Of a stretch of 64,000 bases of DNA, positions 9,402-19,787 are shown one piece after another (the stretch's first letter is position 1; each line of letters opens with the position of its first letter). The notes beneath the pieces were generated by a model. It was given only the letters and a program-made list of their open reading frames with translations. It had not been told where the DNA came from and made no database searches. The DNA lies in the NCBI GenBank assembly GCA_964605525.1, contig CAZSCV010000006.1, positions 434-64,433 on the forward strand, given 5' to 3'. Both the position numbers and the translations under genes were made by a program. The stretch comes from an uncultured Bdellovibrionales bacterium. Its GTDB lineage: Bacteria; Patescibacteriota; Minisyncoccia; Moranbacterales; UBA9337.

Positions 9402-10862
9402 TTATTTTTTGGAATAACCCACAAAAAATCTTATTAGCCCCAAAATAATCCAGAAAAATATTCCCAACAAATTGGTTTCTAAATATGGTTGAAACAAAAA
9501 AACAATCAAATAATTTACTGCTAATGCAATTAATACAAAATCAATCCACTCTTTTTCTTTTTTTTCAACCAAACTTTTCAAAGTCAAAAACACAAACGCA
9601 ATCAACGGTAAAAACAAAATCAATCCACCTTGCAAAAGAATCGCCAAAAGTGAATTATGCACGTTGCGCACTTCAACCAAATCTTGATAATCCCCCAGCT
9701 CCAGTGAAAGCTTTTTCCCCAAACCAATTCCAACCAGCGGATTTTCTCTTATTTTCTCCCCCGCCTCCAACCACAACATTCCCCGCCAAAAAAAACTTTC
9801 ATCTTCCGAAAAACTGGAAAAAGAAGCTGTTCGCTTTCCCAAAACCTCAACGGAATAATCAATTCTCTGATCAATTTTTGAATTGGGAATAATCGCGGAA
9901 AGATAAAAAACAAAAACAATAACCGTCGCCGCACCAAAAATAATTTTCCCGGCATAATTTTTCAAAAATAGCCTTTTTTCTTTTGGCAAGAAAAAAATCG
10001 CAACAAAAGCAGAAAGAGCTAGGCCAATCCAAAGATGGCGCATCATCGATCCAATGATTCCAAAAATCCAAATCGGAAGCAACCAAAAATATTTGCGATA
10101 TTTTTTTGCCAAAGAAAAAACCAAAAATATTCCCAGCGTCAAAACCGCCATTGTCAAATAGAAAGCGTGCGGAAATGCCAACAAGCGAACCCCCTCGGTG
10201 GAAAGCGGAGTAAACTCCGACCACAAACCCTGCCCGGAAATAATTCCATAAATAATAAAAAATATAATACCGATTGCGCCTGCCAAAGCGAATTTCAAAA
10301 ATCTAACCAAATGTTCTTTTTTATTTAGCAAAATAATAACAGCAAAATACAATAGCGCGTAAAACCCATAATTCTTCCAAGCGGAAAAAGCCAAATCTTT
10401 GTCAGAATTCGGATCAAAAAAACTGGCTAGGAAATATATTGAAACCAAAAATATAAAAACAATCAAGAGCCAATCGACCGCTCTTATCCCCCTCTTCCTT
10501 TGGGAGAGGGTTGGGGTGAGGGTTCGTATGGAATGCGTATTTTTTAAATAATTAACCGCTATTCCCAAAATGACAGCCAAAAAAATCACGTCCAGCGGAT
10601 AAAATTTAATTTCACTACGCGACAGTACAATCGGCGCCAAAGTGAAAAATCTTTCAAAGACAAAAGTCAAAAACACAATCGCAAAAAGTCCACTTCGCGG
10701 ATGCGCCGCGACAATCGCAAAACTTGTCAGCATCAAAACCAAATACAAAGGCAAAGAAAATCCAAACGCAAAATTGGAAAAAATAAACAAAGAAACAGCC
10801 ACGATCACAAAAATTGCACTCACCGTTTCTCTATTCATTTTTTGCAACCAGACGTAAGACAT
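9402..10862 (-). CDS. O-antigen ligase / Wzy-like polytopic membrane protein
   Basis: 486 aa with about 10-12 TM helices and a periplasmic loop, a typical WaaL/Wzy architecture. The family call comes from topology only. Confidence 0.45.
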   Translation of the reverse strand: MSYVWLQKMNRETVSAIFVIVAVSLFIFSNFAFGFSLPLYLVLMLTSFAIVAAHPRSGLFAIVFLTFVFERFFTLAPIVLSRSEIKFYPLDVIFLAVILGIAVNYLKNTHSIRTLTPTLSQRKRGIRAVDWLLIVFIFLVSIYFLASFFDPNSDKDLAFSAWKNYGFYALLYFAVIILLNKKEHLVRFLKFALAGAIGIIFFIIYGIISGQGLWSEFTPLSTEGVRLLAFPHAFYLTMAVLTLGIFLVFSLAKKYRKYFWLLPIWIFGIIGSMMRHLWIGLALSAFVAIFFLPKEKRLFLKNYAGKIIFGAATVIVFVFYLSAIIPNSKIDQRIDYSVEVLGKRTASFSSFSEDESFFWRGMLWLEAGEKIRENPLVGIGLGKKLSLELGDYQDLVEVRNVHNSLLAILLQGGLILFLPLIAFVFLTLKSLVEKKEKEWIDFVLIALAVNYLIVFLFQPYLETNLLGIFFWIILGLIRFFVGYSKK

Positions 10863-10982
10863 AGGAATTAGGAATTAGAAATTTAATACACTGTTATTCT
10901 ACCAATAATTCAATAATAAAACCATCAAATACTCTCAAAATAACTCAATATAATAGTATATCACAAATCAGAAAAAAAATCA

Positions 10983-11012
10983 AGCCCTGATGTGAAATTT
11001 CACACCAGGGCT
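10983..11012 (-). terminator. Intrinsic terminator hairpin
   Basis: Near-perfect 15-bp palindrome agccctgatgtgaaa/tttcacaccagggct, followed on the minus strand by a T-run (A8 on plus at 10971..10978). Confidence 0.5.
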
Positions 11013-11040
11013 CGCCATCGGCAGCTGCCGAAGAAACATG

Positions 11041-11418
11041 TTATTTTTTGCGGACAATAATACATCCGCGAGAATCCGAGCATTCCGGTCTCAAACCCTC
11101 AAACTTGGAATACGGGTCGACAAGAAAATACCATGTCCCCTCCTTATCCTTCCAGGTATAGAGGAATCCCTCATCCGGATTTGCCGGGTCCAGCTTGAAT
11201 GAGTGGACAGGACCGAGGTCTGTGTTCCTCGTTCCCTTCCCGTCGCGGTGATACACCACGACATTCAAGAGCTCAGTCCCTGCCGGCATGGGCGGAATTG
11301 TCACCTCATCCCCCACGCAACTCGGCACGGCATTCACCCACTTGGGAGCCGCCTGCGCGATCCCTATCAGACAAAAAAACACTGCCACTGCCACGAAAAA
11401 ACCGATTGTCTTTTTCAT
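11041..11418 (-). CDS. Small secreted protein (GC-rich island)
   Basis: Likely start MKKTIGFFVAVAVFFCLIGIAQA (signal peptide). Local GC is about 50%, against about 35% in flanking DNA. Confidence 0.45.
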   Translation of the reverse strand: MKKTIGFFVAVAVFFCLIGIAQAAPKWVNAVPSCVGDEVTIPPMPAGTELLNVVVYHRDGKGTRNTDLGPVHSFKLDPANPDEGFLYTWKDKEGTWYFLVDPYSKFEGLRPECSDSRGCIIVRKK

Positions 11419-11594
11419 GATGCTTCCTCCTGTTGTTTGCCGACATATTATAGTCGGTTTTTTTGTTGAAAAAATTCTTTTCCCACAACCCAATGTTGCG
11501 GAAAAGTTCGTTCTTTCAAAATAAAAATAGAGATAAGTGGATCCTTCAATGAAGGACCCACCCATAAATAATTCTGCTCAATAATCAAACAGAA

Positions 11595-13154
11595 TCAATA
11601 TTGCAATAACTGATGATCGGCCGGTTTGACTTCTTCCGTCCTGATCACAGAATATTTTTTACGAACCTCGTGTTTCAATTCGAAACGAACGAAGGCTCCG
11701 TACGAATATCCACCAGCAGCACCTGCAACTGCCGATGCCAACGTATAATCAAAACTTGGACCAAACATCAACCACTCGCGATATCTGGCCTCCGCATTCA
11801 GATTCAGTCCCCAGCGATCTTCGTGAGGAGCAAATCCAATCTGCGCGCCAAGTCTCCCCGCCCAGTCCTCGGAAAAATACTTGTGAATTTTCGCTCCGAT
11901 AACAAATCCAGCGCGATCACTCACTTCATCTCCACTCCAACTGGAATTGATGGACCCGCTTACGTCAAACCATCCCTCCGCGTACAACACCGCCATAAGT
12001 TCAGGCGCAAATTGACGGAGATATTCGGCGTAATACCCCAAGAGAAAATGATCTTCGTCTTTGTGATAACCTGACGAAGAATTTTCCCCGTGCAAATGTT
12101 CCCAAAGCGTGCGGAACATAAACTGCACTTGATGGGGATATCCATTATCAGCAAGCCCGGTCCAAATAAAACCGATTTCTGGACCAATTCCCGCACTGTT
12201 CCACTCATAGCCGGCATCTGTTTCACCAAAGTCGCCCTTAGCAAAAACACCGACCTTCGGCACTAATGTGCCCCCAAAGATGTTGATGTTTCCATTCTCA
12301 CATCTTTGAAGAGTCAGGAGATACTGCGCGTACCACCAAAGGCCATGCACATCCCTCTCCTTATTCTGCCACGCGCCCATACCAGCATCTACTTCATGCT
12401 CGCACTGGACGCACTCCTTTTCTTCCACGACTTCTCTGAAAATCGGCGGGAGTTCCGGCGGAGTTTCCGGAATCACTTCCGGCACCACTGGAGCAGGCGG
12501 AATTTCCACTTTTTTAACCGGAACGGGAGGCTTCTCCCAAATGAGCCAGTTGGCGCACTCAGGTTTTGCATAAACGGATCCCACATAGCTTCCGTTTACT
12601 ATAATACCAAATCTTCCCACTTTCGCCTTTTCCGGCGAAAGCTCGGCTCGGTACCATTTCACCTTATTTTTTCCCGACACCATCTTAATGACGGCGCCGG
12701 AAGGCAAAATATCCATTCCCTCGCTGGCAAAATTCAGCCGGGCATCTTTTGGAATATCAAATCCCAAAAGTTTCAAACCTTCGACGAAAGTTCCCCTCCA
12801 AGGATCATCCCCGACCTCATCGTCGGAGTAAACTGCAGGATTTTCCTTAGTGCCAGTTACCACCTTTTTCGTGATAACAGAAAAAGTCTTTTTCGCCCTT
12901 TTGGTTATTTTGGGCGTAATCAACTTTTGTTGATTAGAAATTTTTTCAGGAATGATCACATTCTGTCCGACACGAATCGTGTACGGGGCAGAAATCTTAT
13001 TTTCCTCAGCGATGTTATGCCAGTCAACTCCCAGTTTAACGCCGATAGTTGAAAGACACTCACCCTTTGCGACCGTATGTGTCTGATCTGCCCAAGCGCT
13101 TGTTGCACACAAGGCAATCAGAAGCATTACCCATAAACCAACAATCCGCTTCAT
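11595..13154 (-). CDS. Secreted LysM-domain protein with Pro-rich linker and large C-terminal domain (GC-rich island)
   Basis: Signal peptide, then a LysM motif (HTVAKGECLSTIGVKLGVDWHNIAEENKI...IRVGQNVIIP), a PVPVKKVEIPPAPVVPEVIPETPPELPP linker, and a Trp/Gly/aromatic-rich C-terminal domain. Confidence 0.6.
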   Translation of the reverse strand: MKRIVGLWVMLLIALCATSAWADQTHTVAKGECLSTIGVKLGVDWHNIAEENKISAPYTIRVGQNVIIPEKISNQQKLITPKITKRAKKTFSVITKKVVTGTKENPAVYSDDEVGDDPWRGTFVEGLKLLGFDIPKDARLNFASEGMDILPSGAVIKMVSGKNKVKWYRAELSPEKAKVGRFGIIVNGSYVGSVYAKPECANWLIWEKPPVPVKKVEIPPAPVVPEVIPETPPELPPIFREVVEEKECVQCEHEVDAGMGAWQNKERDVHGLWWYAQYLLTLQRCENGNINIFGGTLVPKVGVFAKGDFGETDAGYEWNSAGIGPEIGFIWTGLADNGYPHQVQFMFRTLWEHLHGENSSSGYHKDEDHFLLGYYAEYLRQFAPELMAVLYAEGWFDVSGSINSSWSGDEVSDRAGFVIGAKIHKYFSEDWAGRLGAQIGFAPHEDRWGLNLNAEARYREWLMFGPSFDYTLASAVAGAAGGYSYGAFVRFELKHEVRKKYSVIRTEEVKPADHQLLQY

Positions 13155-13156
13155 AA

Positions 13157-14098
13157 CTACCTCCTTGGCGCGCTCAGCGCCTCTGTGAGTTGTTTCGCAT
13201 TGAATTGATTTCTTTTATAAACTTCATTTTGAGCAAGGATCAAAAGATATTCCATAGTGAACGCCATATTGCGACGATTCGGAATCTCAGAATTATAATC
13301 CCAACCGGTACTCGGGGCATTACCTGCTCCAATCAAATCCATCGCCACATTAATGGAATTGCAAATCGCAAATCCGGTCGGATCCGGGATAGGATTGATA
13401 CGGAACGTCCCCGTCCCAATAAGCTTCTGAAAATAGCTGTATTGCGGATTAATTCCGCGGATTTTCGCTACTTCATTCACTCCACAGGGAGACAAAAGAT
13501 ATCCTTCTGGATATTGAATTTGATTCCAAGTCTTAATGACATATTGAAACTTCTCAATCCGGGAAAGCGAACTCAGATTAAAAATGTTGCCATTTTCATC
13601 CGTGTTCACTTCTCTTATTTTTTCTTTCCGATACGCGGGATCAGCAAGAAACTTTCCCCGCTCTACGGGCAATTCTCTTCCGTATGGGCTGTAAATATAA
13701 TCCACAGCTGAAGAAAGAATCGCCGTCTGTCCGGAAGAAATTTGACCATCGATAACTTCCGTTCCGAAATACTGTCCCGAAGGATGCATTCCGGAAAAAA
13801 TCACTTGACCAAATCTCTCAGAATTATCATCCAAAATTGTCCACGTATTCCAACGCAGACGCCCTGGATAATATTCCCCAAACAGCTTAAGTGGAAAAAC
13901 TACCATAAAAGTAGAAATATCCCCTTTACTAATTGCCAGAGTCGGCTCCAACCCCAAAGACTGATGAGGCTGAACCAAAAGATTAACTTGATTTTCAGGC
14001 AAAGAAGCATTCTCCACCCGAAGCTCTTTTCCAGCGCACCCCGAAAGAAGCGCTACGACAAAAAATATAACAGTAAGACTTCTCAGAAAATTTTTCAT
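13157..14098 (-). CDS. Lipoprotein, hypothetical (GC-rich island)
   Basis: Likely start MKNFLRSLTVIFFVVALLSGCAG (lipobox). High-GC composition. Confidence 0.5.
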   Translation of the reverse strand: MKNFLRSLTVIFFVVALLSGCAGKELRVENASLPENQVNLLVQPHQSLGLEPTLAISKGDISTFMVVFPLKLFGEYYPGRLRWNTWTILDDNSERFGQVIFSGMHPSGQYFGTEVIDGQISSGQTAILSSAVDYIYSPYGRELPVERGKFLADPAYRKEKIREVNTDENGNIFNLSSLSRIEKFQYVIKTWNQIQYPEGYLLSPCGVNEVAKIRGINPQYSYFQKLIGTGTFRINPIPDPTGFAICNSINVAMDLIGAGNAPSTGWDYNSEIPNRRNMAFTMEYLLILAQNEVYKRNQFNAKQLTEALSAPRR

Positions 14099-14162
14099 CA
14101 CGCACCTCCCGATGCAGTTTTTTGATTTGGAATAATATTGGGAATTAACTTCCCATATATAT

Positions 14163-14202
14163 CTCATCATTACCATATTACGAAATATGGTAATGTTTAT
14201 AT
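14163..14202. promoter_or_regulatory. Palindromic operator-like site ATTACCATAT-TACGAA-ATATGGTAAT
   Basis: Perfect 10-bp inverted repeat about 70 nt upstream of the island lipoprotein gene. It shares the half-site ATTACCATAT with the repeats flanking the TrpR-like gene at 55.45 kb and 56.03 kb. Confidence 0.4.
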
Positions 14203-14411
14203 TGATTACCTATTAAATTGTCAAGGCAACTTATTTTATTACACATTTTCTCACGACCGTGAGTTAATGTGTGAAAAAAATATATCCAACGCTTGGGACT
14301 TCCAAGCGGAAGAGTGAGTTTTGGAAGAATACGTTTTGAAAAAACATACCGATCTCCAAACAACTCACCACTTCCACCAAGAATTATATTTATTGTTTCA
14401 TGTTTTATATC

Positions 14412-14457
14412 TGTCTTACGTCCTACATTTTACGTCTTATGTCTTACGTCTTACGTC
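14412..14457. repeat. Heptamer tandem repeat (GTCTTAC-like) x about 6
   Basis: ctgtcttacgtcctacattttacgtcttatgtcttacgtcttacgtct. Related to the (GTCTTAA)n array at 19788..19858. Confidence 0.6.
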
Positions 14458-14461
14458 TATC

Positions 14462-15157
14462 CTAAAGTTCATTCAAACTTTCCAAATATTCCTTTTCTTC
14501 CCGTGGCAATCCCATTGTTGCAAAATAATACGCCCACATCGCGCTTAAAATCACGCCAACCAAAAATCCTCCAACCACGACAGCAACTATTTCTTTGACG
14601 CTCGGATTCTTTTCCCAAATCGGTCCCGTCAAAATTTGCACATGCAAATCCGCCTTGTCTTGCAAAACACTTCCCCCATTTTCCATTACTTTTGCAATCG
14701 CGTTGGAAATTTGCACTGCCTCTTTTTGGCTATTGGCAAAAACTTCAAAACTCACGATTCCATATTGAAACTTTCCGCCTACTTTTACCATTTGCCCCCA
14801 CTCTTGCAATCTTTCCTTTCGATCAAAAGGAAGAAATTCAGAGTTCACCTCTCCGGTTTTGACAACTTGATCAATGAAAAGCTCGCTATACACAACTTCC
14901 CCCAAAACTCGGTTCACATATTCAGCTGATTTGAACACGGAATAAAAATCTTTTGAGTCCTCCCCGCCGGTCGGCACTACCAAATAATCAGTAGAAGCCT
15001 TGAAACTTTTTTGACTTACTACCAAAAAAAGAAACGACAAGGCCGCCACCAAAAATCCAAAAAGCAACAGCGTTCCGATTTTTTGCCTATTTTTAGCCTT
15101 TATTTCCCAATTAGACATATCATTATTCCATTTATTATTAATATGAGATTGTAGCAA
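14462..15157 (-). CDS. Wzz-like polysaccharide chain-length determinant / co-polymerase family protein
   Basis: One TM near the N-terminus (GTLLLFGFLVAALSFLFLVV), about 150 aa of periplasmic domain, and a C-terminal TM (IVAVVVGGFLVGVILSAMWAYYF). The start may be the internal Met at 15118. Confidence 0.45.
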   Translation of the reverse strand: MLQSHINNKWNNDMSNWEIKAKNRQKIGTLLLFGFLVAALSFLFLVVSQKSFKASTDYLVVPTGGEDSKDFYSVFKSAEYVNRVLGEVVYSELFIDQVVKTGEVNSEFLPFDRKERLQEWGQMVKVGGKFQYGIVSFEVFANSQKEAVQISNAIAKVMENGGSVLQDKADLHVQILTGPIWEKNPSVKEIVAVVVGGFLVGVILSAMWAYYFATMGLPREEKEYLESLNEL

Positions 15158-15216
15158 ATAATTCCGTTTCTGTCAAGCGGAAATTTTATCGAAAAATCCT
15201 CCCTCTGGTTTACTTA

Positions 15217-17040
15217 TTGCCCAAAACAATATATATTTTACTTATGGAAAATAATAATAAAAACACATCGCCGCTGTCAGACCGCAAAATATTCTCCCGT
15301 TTTTTTCTATTCTGGCTTGGATTGGGATGGATGGCATTTTTTTTAGCGCTATTTGGATTTTTTTATGAATATTTCTTTGAGGCATATCTCATCTTCGGTA
15401 TCTCTTTTCTTTTACGATTGCTCCTCAAAAAACGCTTTCACCTTTCGCGGGAAATGATTGCAATTCTTGCAATATCCCTGCTTGCCTCGATATTTTTTAC
15501 CGTTCCATCTGTTCCCACAATTTTTTCCGGACGCGACCAGGGGTCAATCAGTGAAGCTGCCATCCGTTTGGCGCAAAACCACCAGCTGGAATTTTCCACT
15601 CCCGCCAGCCAAGAATTTTTCAAAATCTACGGACCAGGCAAGGCGCTCAATTTTCCCGGATTCTATTACACCGATTCAGGAAATCTCATCACTCAATTTC
15701 CTCTGGCTTATATCAGCTGGCTGGCGGTTTTCTTTTCCCTATTCGGACTGGCAGGATTGACAATCGCCAATGCGCTTCTTTTTATTCTTTTTTTGACTTC
15801 ATTCTATTTGCTTTGGCGAATATTTGTTCCCTGGAGATGCGCCGCCATCGGGATGCTTCTTCTTTTGACCAGTTTTTCCTTCTCTTGGATTGCAAAATTC
15901 ACCCTCACTGAAAATATGGCGCTGGCGCTTCTTTGGTTTTCAATTCTAAGCTTGATTTCTTTTCTGCAAAAAAATGAAAAAATGGCTTATTGGTCATTTT
16001 TCCTTTCTTCCGCTCTTCTGATTTTCGTTCGCATTGAGGGAATAATCTTTTTCGCTTTTTCTTTTTTAGCCATTCTTTTTTCTCTTCCAACTCGCGAATA
16101 TCTCAAAAAAAATATTTTCAAATTATTTATTTTGTCCGTTATTTTTTTGGCCGCTATTTTTTTCATAAATTTCAGCATCAGTCTTGGATTTTACAAAGAA
16201 ATCGGAAAAGCCCTGTTTAATTCAACAGGGAATGGAATTATCGATATTGATACATCAATAAATCTTTGGGGAAAATATATTTATCCCGCCCTTTATATAC
16301 TCAAAATATATCTACTCTACGGATTGCTGGGATTTTTTGCCACAGGAATTGCGGGAATTATTTATTTCATCAAACAAAAAAAATATTTAATTCTCACGCC
16401 TCTACTAGTAGTCCTTCCTTCTTTTATTTATCTCATTGATTCCAATATTTCCGCCGACCATCCCTGGATGCTCCGCCGTTTTGTTTTTTCCATCCTGCCA
16501 GCCTTTATTTTTTACGCGGTTATTTTTCTCAGCCAACTCCGCGCAAATTCCAAAAAAGGCATTCGCAGTCTTGCGCTAATAATTGCATTCGTTCTCCTCT
16601 GCGGAAATATTCCCGCTTTCGCGCTGCACATTGATTTTCCTGAAAACAAAAATTTACTTGGGGAAACCGAAACAGTCAGCCAAAGCTTTTCTTCTACTGA
16701 TTTGATTTTGATTGACCGCCTAGCAAGTGGCGACGGCTGGGCAATGATTAGCGGACCAATGAACTTTATCTCCGGAAAAAATTCCATCTACTTTTTCAAC
16801 CCGCAAGACTTCGACAAGCTTAATTTGGAAAAATTTGATAGAATATATTTAATAGTCCCGGAAGAAAGCATTGATTTTTGGAAGCAAAGCGTTTTGTACC
16901 CAAGAATGCATTTTTGGAAAAATTATTCCCTGCAAACGCAAAGATTAGAAAATAATGAAGATGCTAAGAATTTGAAATTGAAATTTGCAAGTAAAAAATA
17001 TAAAACTGTTTCCGGCGCAATATTTGAGATTGAGAAATAA
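15217..17040 (+). CDS. Polytopic membrane protein, putative GT-C-type glycosyltransferase
   Basis: 607 aa, with about 12 TM helices and a soluble C-terminal domain. The first loop motif (SGRDQGSISEAAIRLA) resembles the ArnT/PMT loop of the 30536..32119 protein (YPDEAVNGQDALRF). Confidence 0.4.
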   Translation: MPKTIYILLMENNNKNTSPLSDRKIFSRFFLFWLGLGWMAFFLALFGFFYEYFFEAYLIFGISFLLRLLLKKRFHLSREMIAILAISLLASIFFTVPSVPTIFSGRDQGSISEAAIRLAQNHQLEFSTPASQEFFKIYGPGKALNFPGFYYTDSGNLITQFPLAYISWLAVFFSLFGLAGLTIANALLFILFLTSFYLLWRIFVPWRCAAIGMLLLLTSFSFSWIAKFTLTENMALALLWFSILSLISFLQKNEKMAYWSFFLSSALLIFVRIEGIIFFAFSFLAILFSLPTREYLKKNIFKLFILSVIFLAAIFFINFSISLGFYKEIGKALFNSTGNGIIDIDTSINLWGKYIYPALYILKIYLLYGLLGFFATGIAGIIYFIKQKKYLILTPLLVVLPSFIYLIDSNISADHPWMLRRFVFSILPAFIFYAVIFLSQLRANSKKGIRSLALIIAFVLLCGNIPAFALHIDFPENKNLLGETETVSQSFSSTDLILIDRLASGDGWAMISGPMNFISGKNSIYFFNPQDFDKLNLEKFDRIYLIVPEESIDFWKQSVLYPRMHFWKNYSLQTQRLENNEDAKNLKLKFASKKYKTVSGAIFEIEK

Positions 17041-17103
17041 TATTAAACAATTTTTATAATAATCAGAATAAAATATAATTTTTTATTCTAACTATAAGTC
17101 TAT

Positions 17104-18063
17104 ATGCAAGAATTACCGAAAAATTGGCAAAAAGCATATTGGATTTCCAGAGTAATTCTGGCAGTTGCTTTTTTACTTGCCGGAATGTATTTGTCATACC
17201 GCATCCTCCTACCTTCCAATAAATTCCTTTACCTTTATTCAAACCCCGCAAGCATTCAAAATAATCTTTCCGCTACGCCACAAAAAAACAATCTTCCGCT
17301 ACTATACGCCACGACAATTGATGATTTTTCCAGAATTTCCTCCGAAATTTCTCTTAAAAATAAAACTGAGGATTTTGATCTGTCGGGAAAAATTTCCGTA
17401 CGCAAATCATATCAGGCGTTCTTTTATCCTCAAGGGGAGGACATTACCGTTCCACTGGAGCAATCAGGATTTAATACGGAAGATGGAAAATTAATCTCAT
17501 CTCCGGAAGCGGTGTATGTCCTGGCGGGAAATCAAAAATTTCCGCTTGACAATCCGATTACATTTGAATCGCTGGGATACGACTGGAATAAAGTTTTTCC
17601 GCTTGATGAAGAAACGCTGTCTCAATATGAAAAAGGAAAACTGCTCAATATCCGCTCTCCGCATCCCGATGGAACGATTTTTCGCACCATAGATACGAAT
17701 AAATATTTTTATATTTCCAATGGAGAGAAAAGAGAAATAAAAGGATCGCAAGAATTAATCGCATCCTACACAAAAGACAAATCAATTGTTTCCGTCTCTG
17801 AAAAATCACTGTCTGATTATCAAAAATGTTCTCTTGAAAAAACCGGCTTCTTTTTCACCTCCTACAGCTGTCTGATTGACGCCTCTTTCTTAACAGAATA
17901 TCCGGGAAAAAATTATGAATTTTCTGTCGAAACAAAATCATCCCAAGTCCAATATATAAACGACATTCAGATAGAATTCAAAAGGGATATTACTTGGAAA
18001 AACATCCGCTCCTCTTTGTCATTGATCAAAAGTAGAATAATCCTCAAATATTCCAAAAAATAA
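17104..18063 (+). CDS. Hypothetical membrane-anchored protein
   Basis: N-terminal TM helix, then a 280-aa soluble domain with no recognisable motif. Confidence 0.4.
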   Translation: MQELPKNWQKAYWISRVILAVAFLLAGMYLSYRILLPSNKFLYLYSNPASIQNNLSATPQKNNLPLLYATTIDDFSRISSEISLKNKTEDFDLSGKISVRKSYQAFFYPQGEDITVPLEQSGFNTEDGKLISSPEAVYVLAGNQKFPLDNPITFESLGYDWNKVFPLDEETLSQYEKGKLLNIRSPHPDGTIFRTIDTNKYFYISNGEKREIKGSQELIASYTKDKSIVSVSEKSLSDYQKCSLEKTGFFFTSYSCLIDASFLTEYPGKNYEFSVETKSSQVQYINDIQIEFKRDITWKNIRSSLSLIKSRIILKYSKK

Positions 18064-18461
18064 TGAAAATACTTTCTGATAAAAATTTAACCATATTGCT
18101 GTCAAAACTTTCAGGGGATTTTCTGGTTCTTTTTATGTTTGCCTATGGAGCAATTCTGCTGGCGGAAGCAATTCTGCCGGGAATCGTTTCAAATCGCTTG
18201 AGCATGCTCACCCTCACATGGATACTGTCCGGCGCGTTGGTATTATCCGCGTATTTGGCAAAAAAATCGAAAATTGATATGCCTGCCGAAAAAAATATTA
18301 CCGCAAAAAAAAGCGCTCCTTTTTGGATGCTTCTGGTTTTTGCGGCAACAATAATCATCCTTTCTCTTTTTGGATTTTCCGTTTGGGAAATCACACTCAT
18401 AACAGCAATTTCTCTGGCCATCATTTTCTATGCCAAAAAAGAGTTTGCCCGAGATATATAA
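18063..18461 (+). CDS. Small hypothetical membrane protein (4 TM)
   Basis: Start overlaps the stop of the upstream gene (ATGA). Hydrophobic helices. Confidence 0.35.
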   Translation: MKILSDKNLTILLSKLSGDFLVLFMFAYGAILLAEAILPGIVSNRLSMLTLTWILSGALVLSAYLAKKSKIDMPAEKNITAKKSAPFWMLLVFAATIIILSLFGFSVWEITLITAISLAIIFYAKKEFARDI

Positions 18462-18489
18462 AACCTGCATAATTAAATGACAAGACTCC

Positions 18490-18598
18490 CGGTTTTCTGA
18501 AAAAATGTTTTTTTCGCAGCTGTCCGCGTCCCTCGAAAGGACCGGAGAAAAAAATACTTTTTCGGAAAACCATACGAAAATTACCTGGATACGCAAGT
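18490..18598. repeat. 108-nt intergenic repeat, copy B
   Basis: See copy A at 9239..9347. Confidence 0.6.
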
Positions 18599-18614
18599 TG
18601 TGATGCTAACAAAT

Positions 18615-19733
18615 TTAACATTTCAACCAATCCAAAGTTTCCTTCGCGCATTTTTCCCAAGAAAACTTTTCCGCCTGGATTGCCCCCTTTTCAATCATCG
18701 TTTTTCGCAAATCCCCATCAGAAAGGATTTTTTTTATTTTTACAAACAATTCTTCCGAATCAAGCGCATTAAAATACTCCGCTGCTTCCCCTCCTGCCTC
18801 ACGCAAGCTTGAATTATCCGCAGCAATCACAGGAATCTTTGATGCCATCGCTTCCAAAATGGGAATTCCAAATCCTTCATACAAAGAAGGAAAAACAAAA
18901 ATGCCGGCATTGCGAAACAGCACCGCCAAGCTGGAAAAATCAACTCTCCCGGTCAAAACAATATCCTCTCGGAAAGGGCTTTTCTCCACTTTCTCAATCA
19001 CACCCTCCCACATCCACGCCTTGCTTCCTGCCAAAACCAACTTAATACTGCTATTCGTTTTATTTTTATATTTTTCAAATGCGCAAATCAAAGTCTCCAA
19101 ATTCTTACGAGGCTGAATAGCACCGACATACAATAAATAATCCTTGGATTGTAAATTGTGAGTTTTCAATATTTCCTTTTTTTTATTTTCAGAAATTTCG
19201 TTTTGAAATAATTTTCCGTCAAAACCATGATGAACCACTTTTATTTTTTTCTCATCAAAATGAGGATAAAATTTCAAAATATCCCTTTTCGTTGAATGAG
19301 AAATCGCAATTAATTTATCAGCATTTCCAACTGCCATATCCGTCAAAAAATTAATCTGCCTCAAATCCTTTTTCGGGAAACTTTCCGGAAAAATCTTGAA
19401 AGCCAAATCATGAATTGTTACTACCGTTTTCAGTCCAGATTTTCGAACCAAGGGAATATTATGCATCGGCATCCACAAAACATCCGGATTATCCCGCCAA
19501 AGAGATCCAGCGAATCCGGTTTGTGTCCAAAGACAAGGAGAGAAAACTTTTTTTATTTTGTAATTGGAAAAATTTTCCGGAACCAATTCCGGATTAAACT
19601 CCCGACGATGATAAATATCAAAATCATCGCCAAACCCCAATTTCCCAAAATATTTAAGCAAATTCAAAAGATAAACCCTTGTCCCGTCTATCCGTTTATT
19701 ATCCAAATCCGCCGCCTGAATCGCAATTTTCAT
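18615..19733 (-). CDS. Glycosyltransferase family 4
   Basis: GT4 motifs (GSKAWMWEG...EGFGIPILEAMASKIPVIAADNSSLREAGGEAA). Probable start MKIAIQAADL. Confidence 0.75.
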   Translation of the reverse strand: MKIAIQAADLDNKRIDGTRVYLLNLLKYFGKLGFGDDFDIYHRREFNPELVPENFSNYKIKKVFSPCLWTQTGFAGSLWRDNPDVLWMPMHNIPLVRKSGLKTVVTIHDLAFKIFPESFPKKDLRQINFLTDMAVGNADKLIAISHSTKRDILKFYPHFDEKKIKVVHHGFDGKLFQNEISENKKKEILKTHNLQSKDYLLYVGAIQPRKNLETLICAFEKYKNKTNSSIKLVLAGSKAWMWEGVIEKVEKSPFREDIVLTGRVDFSSLAVLFRNAGIFVFPSLYEGFGIPILEAMASKIPVIAADNSSLREAGGEAAEYFNALDSEELFVKIKKILSDGDLRKTMIEKGAIQAEKFSWEKCAKETLDWLKC

Positions 19734-19787
19734 ATTACTAATTACTAATATATACAAATTTACGAATGATACTTATACCCTAAATTT

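Noticed and set aside
10490-10525. G-rich motif cccctcttcctttgggagagggttggggtgagggt inside the Wzy-like gene
   Set aside because: It lies within a continuous ORF and encodes a loop (TLTPTLSQRKRG). No second copy was seen, and it is probably just a locally GC-rich coding segment.
11199-13052. Plus-strand ORFs 11199..11524 and 12306..13052 inside the GC-rich island
   Set aside because: They are antisense to the signal-peptide-bearing minus-strand genes. High-GC DNA inflates ORF lengths in all frames, and their composition is Arg/Ser/Pro-rich, which is typical of antisense artefacts.
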